Below, in pieces: positions 36,472 through 46,981 of a stretch of DNA of 64,000 bases. The DNA comes from a virus. Every line of letters starts with the position of its first letter. The first letter of the stretch is position 1. The notes under the pieces were generated by a model. The model was not told where the DNA came from and did not search any database. It saw only the letters and a program-made list of their open reading frames with translations. The translations under genes were made by a program, and so were the position numbers. The DNA is taken from the IMG/VR virus record IMGVR_UViG_3300032235_000623, positions 44,850 to 108,849 of that record, one strand, 5' to 3'.

Positions 36472-38826
36472 ATGGCAACAGTAAGAATTCAATTAAGAAG
36501 AGGCACAGCAGCAGAATGGACAGCTGCAAATCCTGTATTGGCCGCAGGCGAAATGGGTCTGGAGACAGACACAGGCGATTTTAAATTTGGTGATGGCTCA
36601 TCAGCCTGGGGTGCTTTAAGCTATTCTCTAGGCAATGCAATTGATGACTATATCCCGCTTTCAGAAAAGGGTAATCCAGATGGAGTTGCAACACTTAACT
36701 CACAAGGATTAATTCCTGTAGAGCAGTTGCCAGCAGCTGCAGCCCTAGAAGTTGAGGTAGCATCTTCAATTTCAGATCACAATTCAGATACCACAAACGT
36801 ACACGGTATTACTGATACATCTATTCTTGTAACAACAACAGGAAATCAAACTTTAACCTCTAAGAGCTTGACATCACCAGCTCTTACAGGAACACCAACT
36901 GCCCCTACTGCAAATGTTGGAACAGACACAACTCAAATTGCAACAACAGCATTCGTTCAGGATGCAATTGAGGCAGTTGTTGGAGCAGCACCAGAAGCAT
37001 TGAACACCTTAGCAGAAATTGCTACATCCCTAAATGATGACGCAGATCTAGCTGGTACACTAACCACATCAATTGGTACAAAGGTCTCAAAGGCTGGAGA
37101 TACAATGAGCGGGGTTCTTGATATGGGCTCTAACAAGGTAACAAACCTTGGAACACCTACATCAAATTTTGATGCTGCAAGCAAGTATTATGTAGATTCA
37201 AGAGTAGCTGGAGATGTCGGCGACCACAATGATTTAACAACAAATGTACATGGTATTGGAGACACAGCTGATCTAGTTTTGACATCAGACTCTAGACTAT
37301 CAGACGAAAGAACACCACTTAATGATTCTGTAAGCACTGCAAAGCTAAGCAATAATGCAGTTGCAACAGCAAAGATTGAAAATGGCGCAGTTTCAGCAGA
37401 TAAAATTGGAACAGATGCCGTAACAGAAGTTAAGATAATTAATGGAGCAGTTACAGCAGCAAAGATTGCTGACTACGCAGTTACAACAGAAAAAATTGCT
37501 GATTTAAATGTAACAGAGTCAAAACTTAATACAGGATCTGTAACTGAAGACAAAATTGCAACAGATGCAGTAACAGAATTAAAGATTGCTGACGGTTCAG
37601 TAACATCTGCTAAAATTGCATCAAGCGGAGTAGAGACAGCAAATATTGCTGGTCTAGCCGTAACAGATGCAAAGATTGCTGACGATGCAGTTACAACAGC
37701 AAAAATTGCTGATTCAAACGTAACAGAGTCAAAGATTAATACAGGAGCAGTAACTGAAGGTAAAATTGGAGCTGGCGCAGTAACAGAATTAAAGATTGCA
37801 GATGGCTCAGTAACCTCAGCAAAGATTGCTAATGGAACAATTGTCGATGGAGACATTTCAACAGTAGCAGCAATTGCTCAGTCAAAGATTGATGGACTTA
37901 CATCTGATCTTGCTGCCAAGGCGCTAGATTCAGATTTAGATGCACACACATCAGCAACAACTTCAGTTCATGGCATTGCTGACACTTCAGTACTTGCAAC
38001 AGATTCTGAAGTAGCTGCTGCACAGACTGCAGCGCAAAATTTTGCAACATCTGCAATCTCAACACACAATTCAGACACAACAAATGTGCATGGAATAGTT
38101 GATACGAGCAAGCTTGTTACAACAGATGCACAGTCTACAACTTTAGATGGAGCATTAACAGTTCAGGGAGACCTTACTGTTAATGGTACAACATTTAGCG
38201 CATCTGCAACATCTATTACAATTGAAGATAATATGGTTCAGCTTGCTCATCAAAATTCAGCAAATACAGTAGACTTAGGTCTTGTAGTTGCATATAACGA
38301 TGGAACAGCTAAGCATGCAGGTATTGTAAGAGATGTATCTGACTCTAAGTGGAAGCTTTTCAAGGGTGTTACAACAGAGCCATCAACTACAGTTGACTTT
38401 ACACAAGGATCACTCGATGACCTTGCAGTAGCAGGACTTACTGCAACAACAGTAACACCATCATCTGGTGTAGTGTTTACAGATGGAACACAGACAAAAG
38501 CTGGAGTACCATCAATAACACCAATAACAGAAAAGACATCAAACTATACACTTTCAAGTCTTTCTGAAAGAGACACTCTTATTGAGGTAAACCACACAGG
38601 AGGATCTGCCGTAACTATCACAGTTCCAGCTGACTCTTCAGTAAATTACCCAGTAGGAACATCCATAGATATTTTAAGAACAAATACTGGAGAAGTAACA
38701 ATTGCTGGCTCAGGTGCTACAATTAATGCTACACCAGGCTTAAAGTTAAGAGCTCAGTGGTCAAGCGCAACTCTATTTAAGAGAGCAGCAAACACATGGG
38801 TATTATTCGGAGATCTAAAGGCATAA
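36472..38826 (+). CDS. Long tail fibre with Mtd-N/hyaluronidase-N domain and VTxAKIA repeats
   Basis: IQLRRGTAAEW..NPVLAAGEMGLETDT; about 18 ten-residue repeats; C-terminal LRAQWSSATL..WVLFGDL. Confidence 0.8.
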   Translation: MATVRIQLRRGTAAEWTAANPVLAAGEMGLETDTGDFKFGDGSSAWGALSYSLGNAIDDYIPLSEKGNPDGVATLNSQGLIPVEQLPAAAALEVEVASSISDHNSDTTNVHGITDTSILVTTTGNQTLTSKSLTSPALTGTPTAPTANVGTDTTQIATTAFVQDAIEAVVGAAPEALNTLAEIATSLNDDADLAGTLTTSIGTKVSKAGDTMSGVLDMGSNKVTNLGTPTSNFDAASKYYVDSRVAGDVGDHNDLTTNVHGIGDTADLVLTSDSRLSDERTPLNDSVSTAKLSNNAVATAKIENGAVSADKIGTDAVTEVKIINGAVTAAKIADYAVTTEKIADLNVTESKLNTGSVTEDKIATDAVTELKIADGSVTSAKIASSGVETANIAGLAVTDAKIADDAVTTAKIADSNVTESKINTGAVTEGKIGAGAVTELKIADGSVTSAKIANGTIVDGDISTVAAIAQSKIDGLTSDLAAKALDSDLDAHTSATTSVHGIADTSVLATDSEVAAAQTAAQNFATSAISTHNSDTTNVHGIVDTSKLVTTDAQSTTLDGALTVQGDLTVNGTTFSASATSITIEDNMVQLAHQNSANTVDLGLVVAYNDGTAKHAGIVRDVSDSKWKLFKGVTTEPSTTVDFTQGSLDDLAVAGLTATTVTPSSGVVFTDGTQTKAGVPSITPITEKTSNYTLSSLSERDTLIEVNHTGGSAVTITVPADSSVNYPVGTSIDILRTNTGEVTIAGSGATINATPGLKLRAQWSSATLFKRAANTWVLFGDLKA

Positions 38827-38836
38827 GGAGCAAACA

Positions 38837-40198
38837 ATGGCAATTAATAAAAGATCGGGTACAGGTTCTTCAGCACAAGATAACTTTATTGGACCAAATC
38901 CAGTAACAGGTCTAACAGCTACAAATGTAGGGTCTGGTAGATCATACAACGATGGCAGAATTGACTTATCTTGGACAAATCCTACAAATGGCAATACGCC
39001 AACAGGATATAAGATTATTAGAGGCGGTACAGAAATTGCAACTGTTTCTCATCCAAATAATACTTATTCAAATACAGGCTTATCGTCTAATACAGGCTAC
39101 TCTTATGTAGTTCGTGCTTACGATGATTATGCTACATCTGCTGATTCAAATACAGCAACAGCAACCGCAACAACAGTTCCAGCTACAATGAGCTCTCCAA
39201 CTGCCACCGCAGGAGTAGACAAAGATACGCTTTCTTGGTCAGCGCCTGCAGATGGTGGATCAGCCATCACGCTATATAGATGGACATCAAGCGACGGAAA
39301 GTCTGGAACATTTTCAGCAGGCTCAACATCTGGTGATGTATCTCAAGAAGCAAATACGGCTCAAACATATCAGATTAGAGCAGAGAATCTAAATGGAGCA
39401 GGAGTATATTCAGGAAATTCAAATTCTGTAACTACACAGGCACCAAGCTTCTTCGGACCTCCTAGCTTCTTCTCGCCTCCAGGATTCTTCGGACCACCAA
39501 ACTTCTTCGGTCCTCCAGGATTCTTCGGACCACCAAACTTCTTTGGTCCTCCAAGCTTCTTCGGTCCTCCAGGATTCTTCGGTCCTCCAGGATTCTTCGG
39601 TCCTCCAGGATTCTTCGGTCCTCCAGGATTCTTCGCACCACCATCATTCTATAAGAGCGTTGGAATCAATACTCTTCTTAGAACACCTACAGGAATGATT
39701 TCTGCAGGACAAATTGAGGTGGGAGATGAAGTTATAGGATTGCGTATCCCAGGGATACCAGATAACTTCTGGCTTCTAGATGACGGATCAGGTGGAACAT
39801 ATTCTGATTATGTTATTACTCAAGAACAGATTGATAATGCAGAAGAAACTGTTGTTACTGTTCAAGGAAAAGCTCTTCACGAGAATTCTGGAGCAGTAGT
39901 AGTAAATGGTGATATTTATACACTTCATCACTATATCTTGGCTAAAAGAGATAATGATATTAGAGTCTTAAACGTTTCTGATTTAGTCAATACAGATTTA
40001 GTTTATAATTATCAGACAAAAGATTTTGTTGCTATAGAGTCTCTTGAAACAAACTCTGAGATAACAATTCAGTCATATTCTATAAACGTAGAGCCTTGGG
40101 ACTTCTACTTTACAGAAAACGGTCTAACTTTTGACATGCAAGCTCTTTCAGAGCATCTGTTTGGATCAAACGATCCAGATGGCCCTGGCCCCCTATAA
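38837..40198 (+). CDS. Fn3-domain virion protein with (PPxFFG)12 repeat and C-terminal Hint domain
   Basis: Two Fn3 domains (LSW..YKI..Y.VRAY; [19 protein letters not shown]); repeat; Hint blocks. Confidence 0.8.
   Translation: MAINKRSGTGSSAQDNFIGPNPVTGLTATNVGSGRSYNDGRIDLSWTNPTNGNTPTGYKIIRGGTEIATVSHPNNTYSNTGLSSNTGYSYVVRAYDDYATSADSNTATATATTVPATMSSPTATAGVDKDTLSWSAPADGGSAITLYRWTSSDGKSGTFSAGSTSGDVSQEANTAQTYQIRAENLNGAGVYSGNSNSVTTQAPSFFGPPSFFSPPGFFGPPNFFGPPGFFGPPNFFGPPSFFGPPGFFGPPGFFGPPGFFGPPGFFAPPSFYKSVGINTLLRTPTGMISAGQIEVGDEVIGLRIPGIPDNFWLLDDGSGGTYSDYVITQEQIDNAEETVVTVQGKALHENSGAVVVNGDIYTLHHYILAKRDNDIRVLNVSDLVNTDLVYNYQTKDFVAIESLETNSEITIQSYSINVEPWDFYFTENGLTFDMQALSEHLFGSNDPDGPGPL
39440..39655 (+). 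repeat. 12 x 18-bp coding tandem repeat (PP[G/S/N]FF[G/S/A])
   Basis: CCTCCAGGATTCTTCGGT and variants. Confidence 0.95.
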
Positions 40199-40207
40199 TC
40201 AATATAG

Positions 40208-40750
40208 GTGAAATTTAAAATAACCAGTACTGGTGAGGAGATAGAGAAATCTATCTCCTATCAGTCTTTTCCAGATGAACTTTATAAAGAAGGAATTTGG
40301 GGTCATTTTGCATTTATAGAAAATAGAGAAATGAATATACGGGTAATATGTTCTGCTTATAATAATGATAGATATTTACCAGGTACTGTTGTTGTTTCTA
40401 ATAAAATATTTAATGATTTCCCTATTGCTCAGAGTGCTTGGAATATAAATAATAAAATTAGCCGTATGTACGTAGACCCATTTTATAGAAGCAAAAAAGT
40501 TGCAACATATAGTGTTATAACAAATGACATGTTGGCTAGAAAAATGGGTTACGAGATATGGTCCAACATATATGGAGAAAGAGGCGGAACCCTTGCGGGA
40601 GACCAACTATATAATAGAATATACGAGCTAGGTTTTGAGAATGTGAAAGTAGATATAGATCCTAATGACATTTTCCAGTATAGAAATTTTTCTCATCCAA
40701 TACACTACATAGATAAGAGGCCAGTATACGATGAATCAACTTTACAGTAA
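40208..40750 (+). CDS. Putative GNAT-family acyltransferase
   Basis: MYVDPFYRSKKVAT resembles motif A; TLAGDQLY. Confidence 0.5.
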   Translation: MKFKITSTGEEIEKSISYQSFPDELYKEGIWGHFAFIENREMNIRVICSAYNNDRYLPGTVVVSNKIFNDFPIAQSAWNINNKISRMYVDPFYRSKKVATYSVITNDMLARKMGYEIWSNIYGERGGTLAGDQLYNRIYELGFENVKVDIDPNDIFQYRNFSHPIHYIDKRPVYDESTLQ

Positions 40751-41303
40751 AACAAAGTTTATAAAAAAGAATATTGATATTGATTTTGATTTAGAAGACA
40801 TTAAAAATATGTCTTTTAAAAAAGATGAGTTGTTTTTTGTTAAAGATGGCGACCTTAACAAGGAAAATGAAATTATCCATAAATCAAAAAATATATTTAC
40901 AACATACTCTAGCAGCTCATATAGTTTATATAAAGGTATATCTTATTTGTTAAGAGAAGCTTGTCTTTTGTATGACATAAATAAAGATGTACAGGACTAT
41001 ATGATCTACGGCAAGATTTCAAAGTATGGGGATTATAATAAAGGAATATGGTATGATTTCCCAGGAATTAATATACCATACCTTCACGGATTCTTTTTCT
41101 TTGACTCCAGCTATGAGGTAAACTTTAAGAATCAAAATAATTTAGTTACAGAAAAAGTAGAAGGCAATACAGTTATTATTAACAAGCCAACTGATTTAAT
41201 AAATATTAAATCAGAAAAAGACTCAGAAATTATTGAGTTCTATATAGTTCCAAACGATATGCTTAAACATAATGAACCAGGTGTATGGGTTCCAATTCTA
41301 TAG
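40731..41303 (+). CDS. Degenerate 2OG-Fe(II)-oxygenase-like protein
   Basis: DSBH-like layout but WYD instead of HxD. Confidence 0.4.
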   Translation: MNQLYSKTKFIKKNIDIDFDLEDIKNMSFKKDELFFVKDGDLNKENEIIHKSKNIFTTYSSSSYSLYKGISYLLREACLLYDINKDVQDYMIYGKISKYGDYNKGIWYDFPGINIPYLHGFFFFDSSYEVNFKNQNNLVTEKVEGNTVIINKPTDLINIKSEKDSEIIEFYIVPNDMLKHNEPGVWVPIL

Positions 41304-41339
41304 TAGAAATGATATAATATACAAAAGAAAAGAGGCAGT

Positions 41340-42038
41340 ATGTTAGAAAATGCAGAATTTTTAGCCATGGGCGTTGTTGTCTATAGAAATGCTTTTAAGG
41401 ACAGCGCAGAATATATTCAGAGAATTGAGAGTGCTCTTGGTTCAGAAGAAAATACAAAGTACGGTTGGAAGCCAGGTTATACTGGGTACGGAGCAAAAAA
41501 TCTAAATTATAGAGACTGTGTAGATTTTAAGATTAAATATAATCAGGATGGCTCACTTAGTGCACATATGGACTGTGTTCAAAAAGATGACTTAACTGAT
41601 ATTGATAGAGATTTAATTAGAATTTGGGAAGATGCATATTACGCACAACTTGGTCCAGTAGACGACTATCGTAATATGTTTGGGCTTGCACCATTGAAGT
41701 ATTGGGAATCATTTAATTTTATTAAGTATGGTCCAGGACAGCACTTCCAGGTTCACTCAGATCATGGATATTCATATACATGTGTGCTTTCTTCAGTAGG
41801 ATATCTGAATGATGATTATGAGGGCGGAGAGTTGTTCTTTGACAAGCTAAATCTTAAGATTAAGCCAAAGGCTGGAGATCTTTATCTTTTCCCATCATCA
41901 TATGTATATTCACATGCAGCAATGCCAGTTACATCAGGGACAAAGTACTCTATAGTAACGATGTTAGATTACTTAGAAACAGCACACACTCCAGAATACA
42001 GGGATCTAGAGTCTAGATATTCTAAAAGCCTATTGTAA
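41340..42038 (+). CDS. Prolyl-4-hydroxylase-like 2OG-Fe(II) oxygenase
   Basis: HSD..YLNDDYEGGEL..HAA..GTK. Confidence 0.9.
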   Translation: MLENAEFLAMGVVVYRNAFKDSAEYIQRIESALGSEENTKYGWKPGYTGYGAKNLNYRDCVDFKIKYNQDGSLSAHMDCVQKDDLTDIDRDLIRIWEDAYYAQLGPVDDYRNMFGLAPLKYWESFNFIKYGPGQHFQVHSDHGYSYTCVLSSVGYLNDDYEGGELFFDKLNLKIKPKAGDLYLFPSSYVYSHAAMPVTSGTKYSIVTMLDYLETAHTPEYRDLESRYSKSLL

Positions 42039-42733
42039 TGTATTCAATTACAGGGTATCAGATATCTGAATCTGCTGATATCTATCCTTCCCCAGTAAAA
42101 AGAGACTGGATGGATAGTACTCATGATAGGCATGCCTATAATTGTTTTCCAGTAACCATAACAAATTCTTTAGGCTGGAGCGTATCATTTCCAGAAGAGA
42201 TATCATTTATTTGGGATGGAATATCTGATAGCTCATCCGAACACGTCAAGGTGCTATCTGGAGAGAAATATGTGTCTACAAGACGTGCAAATGGCACTAT
42301 AAGCTTTAATGCAGGACTTGGATTTCAAACAGATTCAAATTTAAGTCTTTTATGCATACCAACTCCAAATTTGTTTACAAGAGGCGCACAGTGTTTTACA
42401 ACATTAATCAGCACTTCTTTTTTTCATGGAGATTTTCCAATTGTATGGAAAATTACTGAGCCTATGCACAAGATCACCATTCCAGCAAATACGCCAATTG
42501 CAAATATCATTCCAATATCTTTAACTGAGTTGCAAGGTTCAGAAATTAATTTTAAAAGTCTAGAAGAAATGCCTCCAAGCAAATGTGATGACGCAACAAC
42601 AATGAAGGCTATAAACGATATAGTTTCTTCTGGAAATTGGACAAATTTTTATAGGGATGCAGTAGATGCTTGTGGCAATTCCATTGGGGAGCATGAAGTA
42701 AAGTCGATAAGATTAAGAGTTAATAATGCCTAA
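42038..42733 (+). CDS. DUF6065-family protein
   Basis: RDWMD..HAYNCFP..NSLGW. Confidence 0.7.
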   Translation: MYSITGYQISESADIYPSPVKRDWMDSTHDRHAYNCFPVTITNSLGWSVSFPEEISFIWDGISDSSSEHVKVLSGEKYVSTRRANGTISFNAGLGFQTDSNLSLLCIPTPNLFTRGAQCFTTLISTSFFHGDFPIVWKITEPMHKITIPANTPIANIIPISLTELQGSEINFKSLEEMPPSKCDDATTMKAINDIVSSGNWTNFYRDAVDACGNSIGEHEVKSIRLRVNNA

Positions 42734-43439
42734 AATAACATTTCATTCAAATAAAGTATATAATCAACCAGGAGATCAACTAAATCCACAGCCAGCAAAA
42801 AAAGCTGTCCCCCAGTGGTTTTCTGAATCTAGCAGATATTGGTTTCCAGAAAATAAAGATTCTCTTTCGTTTAAAGCATGCCCAGCTTTAGTTGACGCAT
42901 TTTTATGCGGGTATGTTTTAAAAACACCATGCGATATTTATTTTTATAAAGAGTCGTACTCAGACGTATTTAAACATACAGATACATTTAAAGTTGTAAA
43001 AGAGCCAGGGTATGATGATTTTTGTTGTTCAAGACCAGACATGCAAGGTTTTCCAAAGCCCCATGGATTTGATAAACACTTCCACTGGTTTCCTAATTGG
43101 ATGCCAGGCCTAGAGCCTGGTTATAGTGCTTTATATGTACATCCACTAAATCGTTTCGATCTACCGTTCACTACCATCTCTGGTATAATTGATAACGATA
43201 AGATGGATACTCCTGGCTTAATGCCATTTTTCTTAAAAGAAGGTTTTGAGGGGTTGATTCCAAAAGGAACTCCCTTTGTTCAAATAATTCCTTTCAAGAG
43301 AGAAGACTGGGAGTCAGAAGAAAAGATGTACTCAATAGAAGAGATTTACGAAAGACATAATTATCAAGCAAATAAATTTAGAGTCCCAGAAGGCGGGGCT
43401 TATAAGAAAAAAGTTTGGTCAAGAAAGAGGTACGATTAA
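42726..43439 (+). CDS. DUF6065-like protein
   Basis: VPQWF..FKACP..GY; PKGTPFVQIIPFKREDW. Confidence 0.6.
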   Translation: MPKITFHSNKVYNQPGDQLNPQPAKKAVPQWFSESSRYWFPENKDSLSFKACPALVDAFLCGYVLKTPCDIYFYKESYSDVFKHTDTFKVVKEPGYDDFCCSRPDMQGFPKPHGFDKHFHWFPNWMPGLEPGYSALYVHPLNRFDLPFTTISGIIDNDKMDTPGLMPFFLKEGFEGLIPKGTPFVQIIPFKREDWESEEKMYSIEEIYERHNYQANKFRVPEGGAYKKKVWSRKRYD

Positions 43440-44158
43440 TGAATATGAAGGTTTGGGATACAAGCGGTAACCTAGCAAACTATAATGCAAAATCTATAAC
43501 TCCATCAGGATTTTTTGGAACTTCAGATAAAAATATTGTAGAGGTTGAAAACTTTATAACAGAAGAAGAAAACGAAGTGTACCTAGAATTTGCAAGAAAA
43601 AATTCTTCTTTTGACGATACTCCAACTGAGTTTAATGAAAATGGAAATGTTATATATGATGAAAGACCGTGGGTTAACAGAGTAGCTACTGGGGATAACT
43701 TATTAAAAAATGGAGCACACGTCATACCAGTTTTAACAAAAATGGTAGAGCGTTTTCAAAAGGTTATTGAGGAGTTCTTTGAAGTAGAGGTAATACCAAC
43801 TGGACCAGCTATTGTTAGATGGCCAGTAAATGCTAGACAAGAGCCTCATGCTGATAAAGAGTTGCATGAAGGTCCAGATGCAGGTAAGCCAAATTCTTTC
43901 CCATGGTATGATCTTGGAACTGTATTTTATTTTAATGATGACTATGAAGGCGGAGAATTATACTTTCCAAAACAAGGAATTGAGTTCAAGCCAAAAGCAC
44001 GAGCTGTTTATTTCTTCCCAGGTGATATGAATTATATACATGGAGTTAGACCAATAACTAAGGGTTGTAGGTATACTGCTCCATATTTTTGGACGATTAC
44101 AAAGTTGCCAGAAAAGTATAACGGCCCAAAGGAGTTTAAGTATGAGCCAAATAACTAA
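43439..44158 (+). CDS. Prolyl-4-hydroxylase-like 2OG-Fe(II) oxygenase
   Basis: HAD..YFNDDYEGGELYF..HGV..GCR. Confidence 0.9.
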   Translation: MNMKVWDTSGNLANYNAKSITPSGFFGTSDKNIVEVENFITEEENEVYLEFARKNSSFDDTPTEFNENGNVIYDERPWVNRVATGDNLLKNGAHVIPVLTKMVERFQKVIEEFFEVEVIPTGPAIVRWPVNARQEPHADKELHEGPDAGKPNSFPWYDLGTVFYFNDDYEGGELYFPKQGIEFKPKARAVYFFPGDMNYIHGVRPITKGCRYTAPYFWTITKLPEKYNGPKEFKYEPNN

Positions 44159-44861
44159 GCATAAAGAAGAATGTTTTACCATTGAAAACTTTTTAACAGA
44201 GCATGAGTGCAAAGCAATAATAGCTTATACAGAGTGGCTTGTAGCAAACAATATACTTGAGTGGAACCAAATCTCATTCTATGATTCATATGCTATGGGT
44301 TTTTGGCCATATGACGATAATCTTGAATACTTTGGATTACCAAAAAATTATTTCCATGATGTTTTAAAATTAAAAATTAAAGATGCTTGTGAAAATGTTC
44401 TAGGTAAAGATGTAGCAGAAGTTAGCTATCATGCCCAAAAATGGTTGCCAGGGGCATACGCATCTTTTCATTCAGACAACTCTGACGAAGATGGTAACCC
44501 AACAGAATTTGAAAGAAGTAAGTATGCTGCATTTATATATTTAAATGAAGACTTCTCTGGAGGTTATTTAAACTTTAAGCATCATGATGTTCATATAGAT
44601 CCAAAACAAGGCATGTTAGCTATATTTGCTGGAGGACATACTAATGAGCATGAGGTCACTAAGGTTCACGGTGGAACAAGATATACAATTGGATCTTTTT
44701 GGGATAACGCTGATATAGAGTACACTGAAGAGCAGATTAAAGAGCGTGAAGAAAGACTAAAAAAGACTAGAGCGGATCAAGATGAAATGTATAGAAAGTG
44801 GCAAGAAGAAAAAGAAAATGGCATTGTCCAAGAGTACACTGGAAAGTATGGTGAGAAGTGA
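44142..44861 (+). CDS. Prolyl-4-hydroxylase-like 2OG-Fe(II) oxygenase
   Basis: HSD..YLNEDFSGG..HEV..GTR. Confidence 0.9.
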   Translation: MSQITKHKEECFTIENFLTEHECKAIIAYTEWLVANNILEWNQISFYDSYAMGFWPYDDNLEYFGLPKNYFHDVLKLKIKDACENVLGKDVAEVSYHAQKWLPGAYASFHSDNSDEDGNPTEFERSKYAAFIYLNEDFSGGYLNFKHHDVHIDPKQGMLAIFAGGHTNEHEVTKVHGGTRYTIGSFWDNADIEYTEEQIKEREERLKKTRADQDEMYRKWQEEKENGIVQEYTGKYGEK

Positions 44862-45715
44862 ATAAGATAGAGATCTATCCAAGGGTGGTTGTTTATAAAA
44901 ACACATTGCCAAGATGGAAAGAGTATATAGAATTATTGAAAAGATCAGAGTCTGAGCCACCAAGATATTATTTCCAAGACTGGGAAGACTGGTATGGATT
45001 TGGCAGAATGATGAATCTATCAATGAAGCATCCAGGTGTGCCTTACGAAGTAAACTCTGATGATGAATATGCATTGCTTCAAAAAGATTTTCTGCAAGAT
45101 GTAACTAATGCATACTACGCAGCAAGCGCAGACTACGTACAGACATATGGTATATCTTTACCTAATTGGGTAAATAATGGAATATCTATTTGCAAGTATT
45201 GGGAAAGCCCAAAACAAAATACAATGGCAATGCATTATCACACAGACTATGTTGGTGCTAATGCATCCGCCCCAGGCAAAAAATTTGCTATAACGTGCAC
45301 AATTTATATAAATGACGACTACGATGGTGGCGGATTATCGTTTTTGAGAGAAGATACTGGAGACGTTATTGACTATAAGCCAGAAGCTGGCGACATAGTT
45401 GTGTTCCCATCAGGAGACCCAGTAACTGGGGCATCTCATTATTTTCACGGTGTTGATAGAGTCGATAATGGCGAAAAGTACTTCATTAGATGCTTTTGGT
45501 CTTATGAGTTTGAAGGCACAAAAGAGTGGCACGAAGGTGTAGAAAAATATGGTCAGGATGTATGGGAAGAAATGCAGCTTGAAAATATGAAGCAGGAGAT
45601 AAAGTCTGGTAAGTGGCATAGGTATCTAGTCATGCCTGGGGAAGAGGATCCAAAAATAGAAAAATCTACTCCATTCTTTTTAAGGAGCAATGATGCTTAT
45701 AAAAAGATTAGATGA
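44858..45715 (+). CDS. Prolyl-4-hydroxylase-like 2OG-Fe(II) oxygenase
   Basis: HTD..YINDDYDGG..HGV..GEK. Confidence 0.9.
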   Translation: MNKIEIYPRVVVYKNTLPRWKEYIELLKRSESEPPRYYFQDWEDWYGFGRMMNLSMKHPGVPYEVNSDDEYALLQKDFLQDVTNAYYAASADYVQTYGISLPNWVNNGISICKYWESPKQNTMAMHYHTDYVGANASAPGKKFAITCTIYINDDYDGGGLSFLREDTGDVIDYKPEAGDIVVFPSGDPVTGASHYFHGVDRVDNGEKYFIRCFWSYEFEGTKEWHEGVEKYGQDVWEEMQLENMKQEIKSGKWHRYLVMPGEEDPKIEKSTPFFLRSNDAYKKIR

Positions 45716-46307
45716 AAATATTGTTTACTATGAGAATGTTTTAGAAAATCCATATTCTTTTTTAGAAAAAATTGAAGAGCTAGATTCAAGTAATTCAAAC
45801 ATATCGCATTTAAGTAAGTGGGAAAAGTGGAGTGCTAGTAATTCAGATAAGCAGTATGGAATTACTAAAAATGGAACATTTTCTAATATGCAGTATGTTA
45901 CAGAAGCAGACATAGAGACATCTTTTATATCTTATAAGATAAAAGCAATAACAGACCTATGTTTTGCAAACTATAGACACCTTACTGGAGCAGAAATGCT
46001 AAAGCTGCCAGATTATTTTAGTATTAGAAAATATGATACTGGTGCAGATATGGGCAGACATGTTGACTCTGAAGATCCAACCGATAAGTCTCACCCAGTT
46101 GTTTCTGGAGTGCTTTATCTAAATGATGATTATGAAGGCGGAGAAATTTATTTTCCAGAACAGAATATAAAGATTAAGCCTTCTGCGGGAAGCATGATAA
46201 TGTTTCCTTCCTATCGTCCATATTTTCATCATCCGTTAGAGATAACTAACGGTAATAAATACATGGTACCATTCTTCTGGTACCCATTAGAAACGGTTTG
46301 GGAATAA
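45690..46307 (+). CDS. Prolyl-4-hydroxylase-like 2OG-Fe(II) oxygenase
   Basis: HVD..YLNDDYEGGEI..HHP..GNK. Confidence 0.9.
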   Translation: MMLIKRLDENIVYYENVLENPYSFLEKIEELDSSNSNISHLSKWEKWSASNSDKQYGITKNGTFSNMQYVTEADIETSFISYKIKAITDLCFANYRHLTGAEMLKLPDYFSIRKYDTGADMGRHVDSEDPTDKSHPVVSGVLYLNDDYEGGEIYFPEQNIKIKPSAGSMIMFPSYRPYFHHPLEITNGNKYMVPFFWYPLETVWE

Positions 46308-46314
46308 ATGAATA

Positions 46315-46974
46315 ATGAAAGCAAAACAAAATTTTTGGTCAGCGCTATACGAAAGGTCACAGCCTAAAATGATGTACTTACCTAACATACTAGATGACAA
46401 ATGTGTTTATTTTAGAAATACAATTTCAGAGCCACATAAACTAATAGAGTTTATTGAAGAGTGCGAAAACGATAAGTCTACTCATAAATATATATCAAAC
46501 TGGGCGAGTCTTAGTAACGGAGTAGAATTTAAAAAGTTTTTATTAGAAGATGGTGAAATGTCTGAAAGAATGAAGCAGAAAGTTCTATATATTTACAATA
46601 GCTTTCAGGCAGGAATTAATTATTGCAAAGAACACTATTCTAATTTTGCAATGAAGGATACAACATCAACAAAACCACTGTATCTTTTTAAGTCAAAGCC
46701 ATTAAGTAGTGTTCAAAGAGATCAAGAGTATAGTATTCCTTCAGGCCCAGAGTCTGTGTCAGTTTACCTAATGATGAATACAGAGGCAGATGGTAGAGCT
46801 TTTTGCGTAAACAAAGAAAGAAGCATCTACATATATCCTGAGCCTTGGAGCATAATTATGATTCCAGATAATCTTTCTCATTCAGAAGGAATTAATGCCA
46901 ATAATGATTTGTATTACTTAAAAACAAAGTTTGAGTTAGGTCCAGAAAAGCTGCAATGCAGTAATCTGCTATAA
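46315..46974 (+). CDS. Degenerate 2OG-Fe(II) oxygenase paralog
   Basis: N-terminus resembles the 45690 gene; HxD missing. Confidence 0.45.
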   Translation: MKAKQNFWSALYERSQPKMMYLPNILDDKCVYFRNTISEPHKLIEFIEECENDKSTHKYISNWASLSNGVEFKKFLLEDGEMSERMKQKVLYIYNSFQAGINYCKEHYSNFAMKDTTSTKPLYLFKSKPLSSVQRDQEYSIPSGPESVSVYLMMNTEADGRAFCVNKERSIYIYPEPWSIIMIPDNLSHSEGINANNDLYYLKTKFELGPEKLQCSNLL

Positions 46975-46981
46975 TAAAACT

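Noticed and set aside
39440-39655. 18-bp repeats as a CRISPR array
   Set aside because: No spacers, and variation is codon-structured inside an ORF; it is a coding repeat
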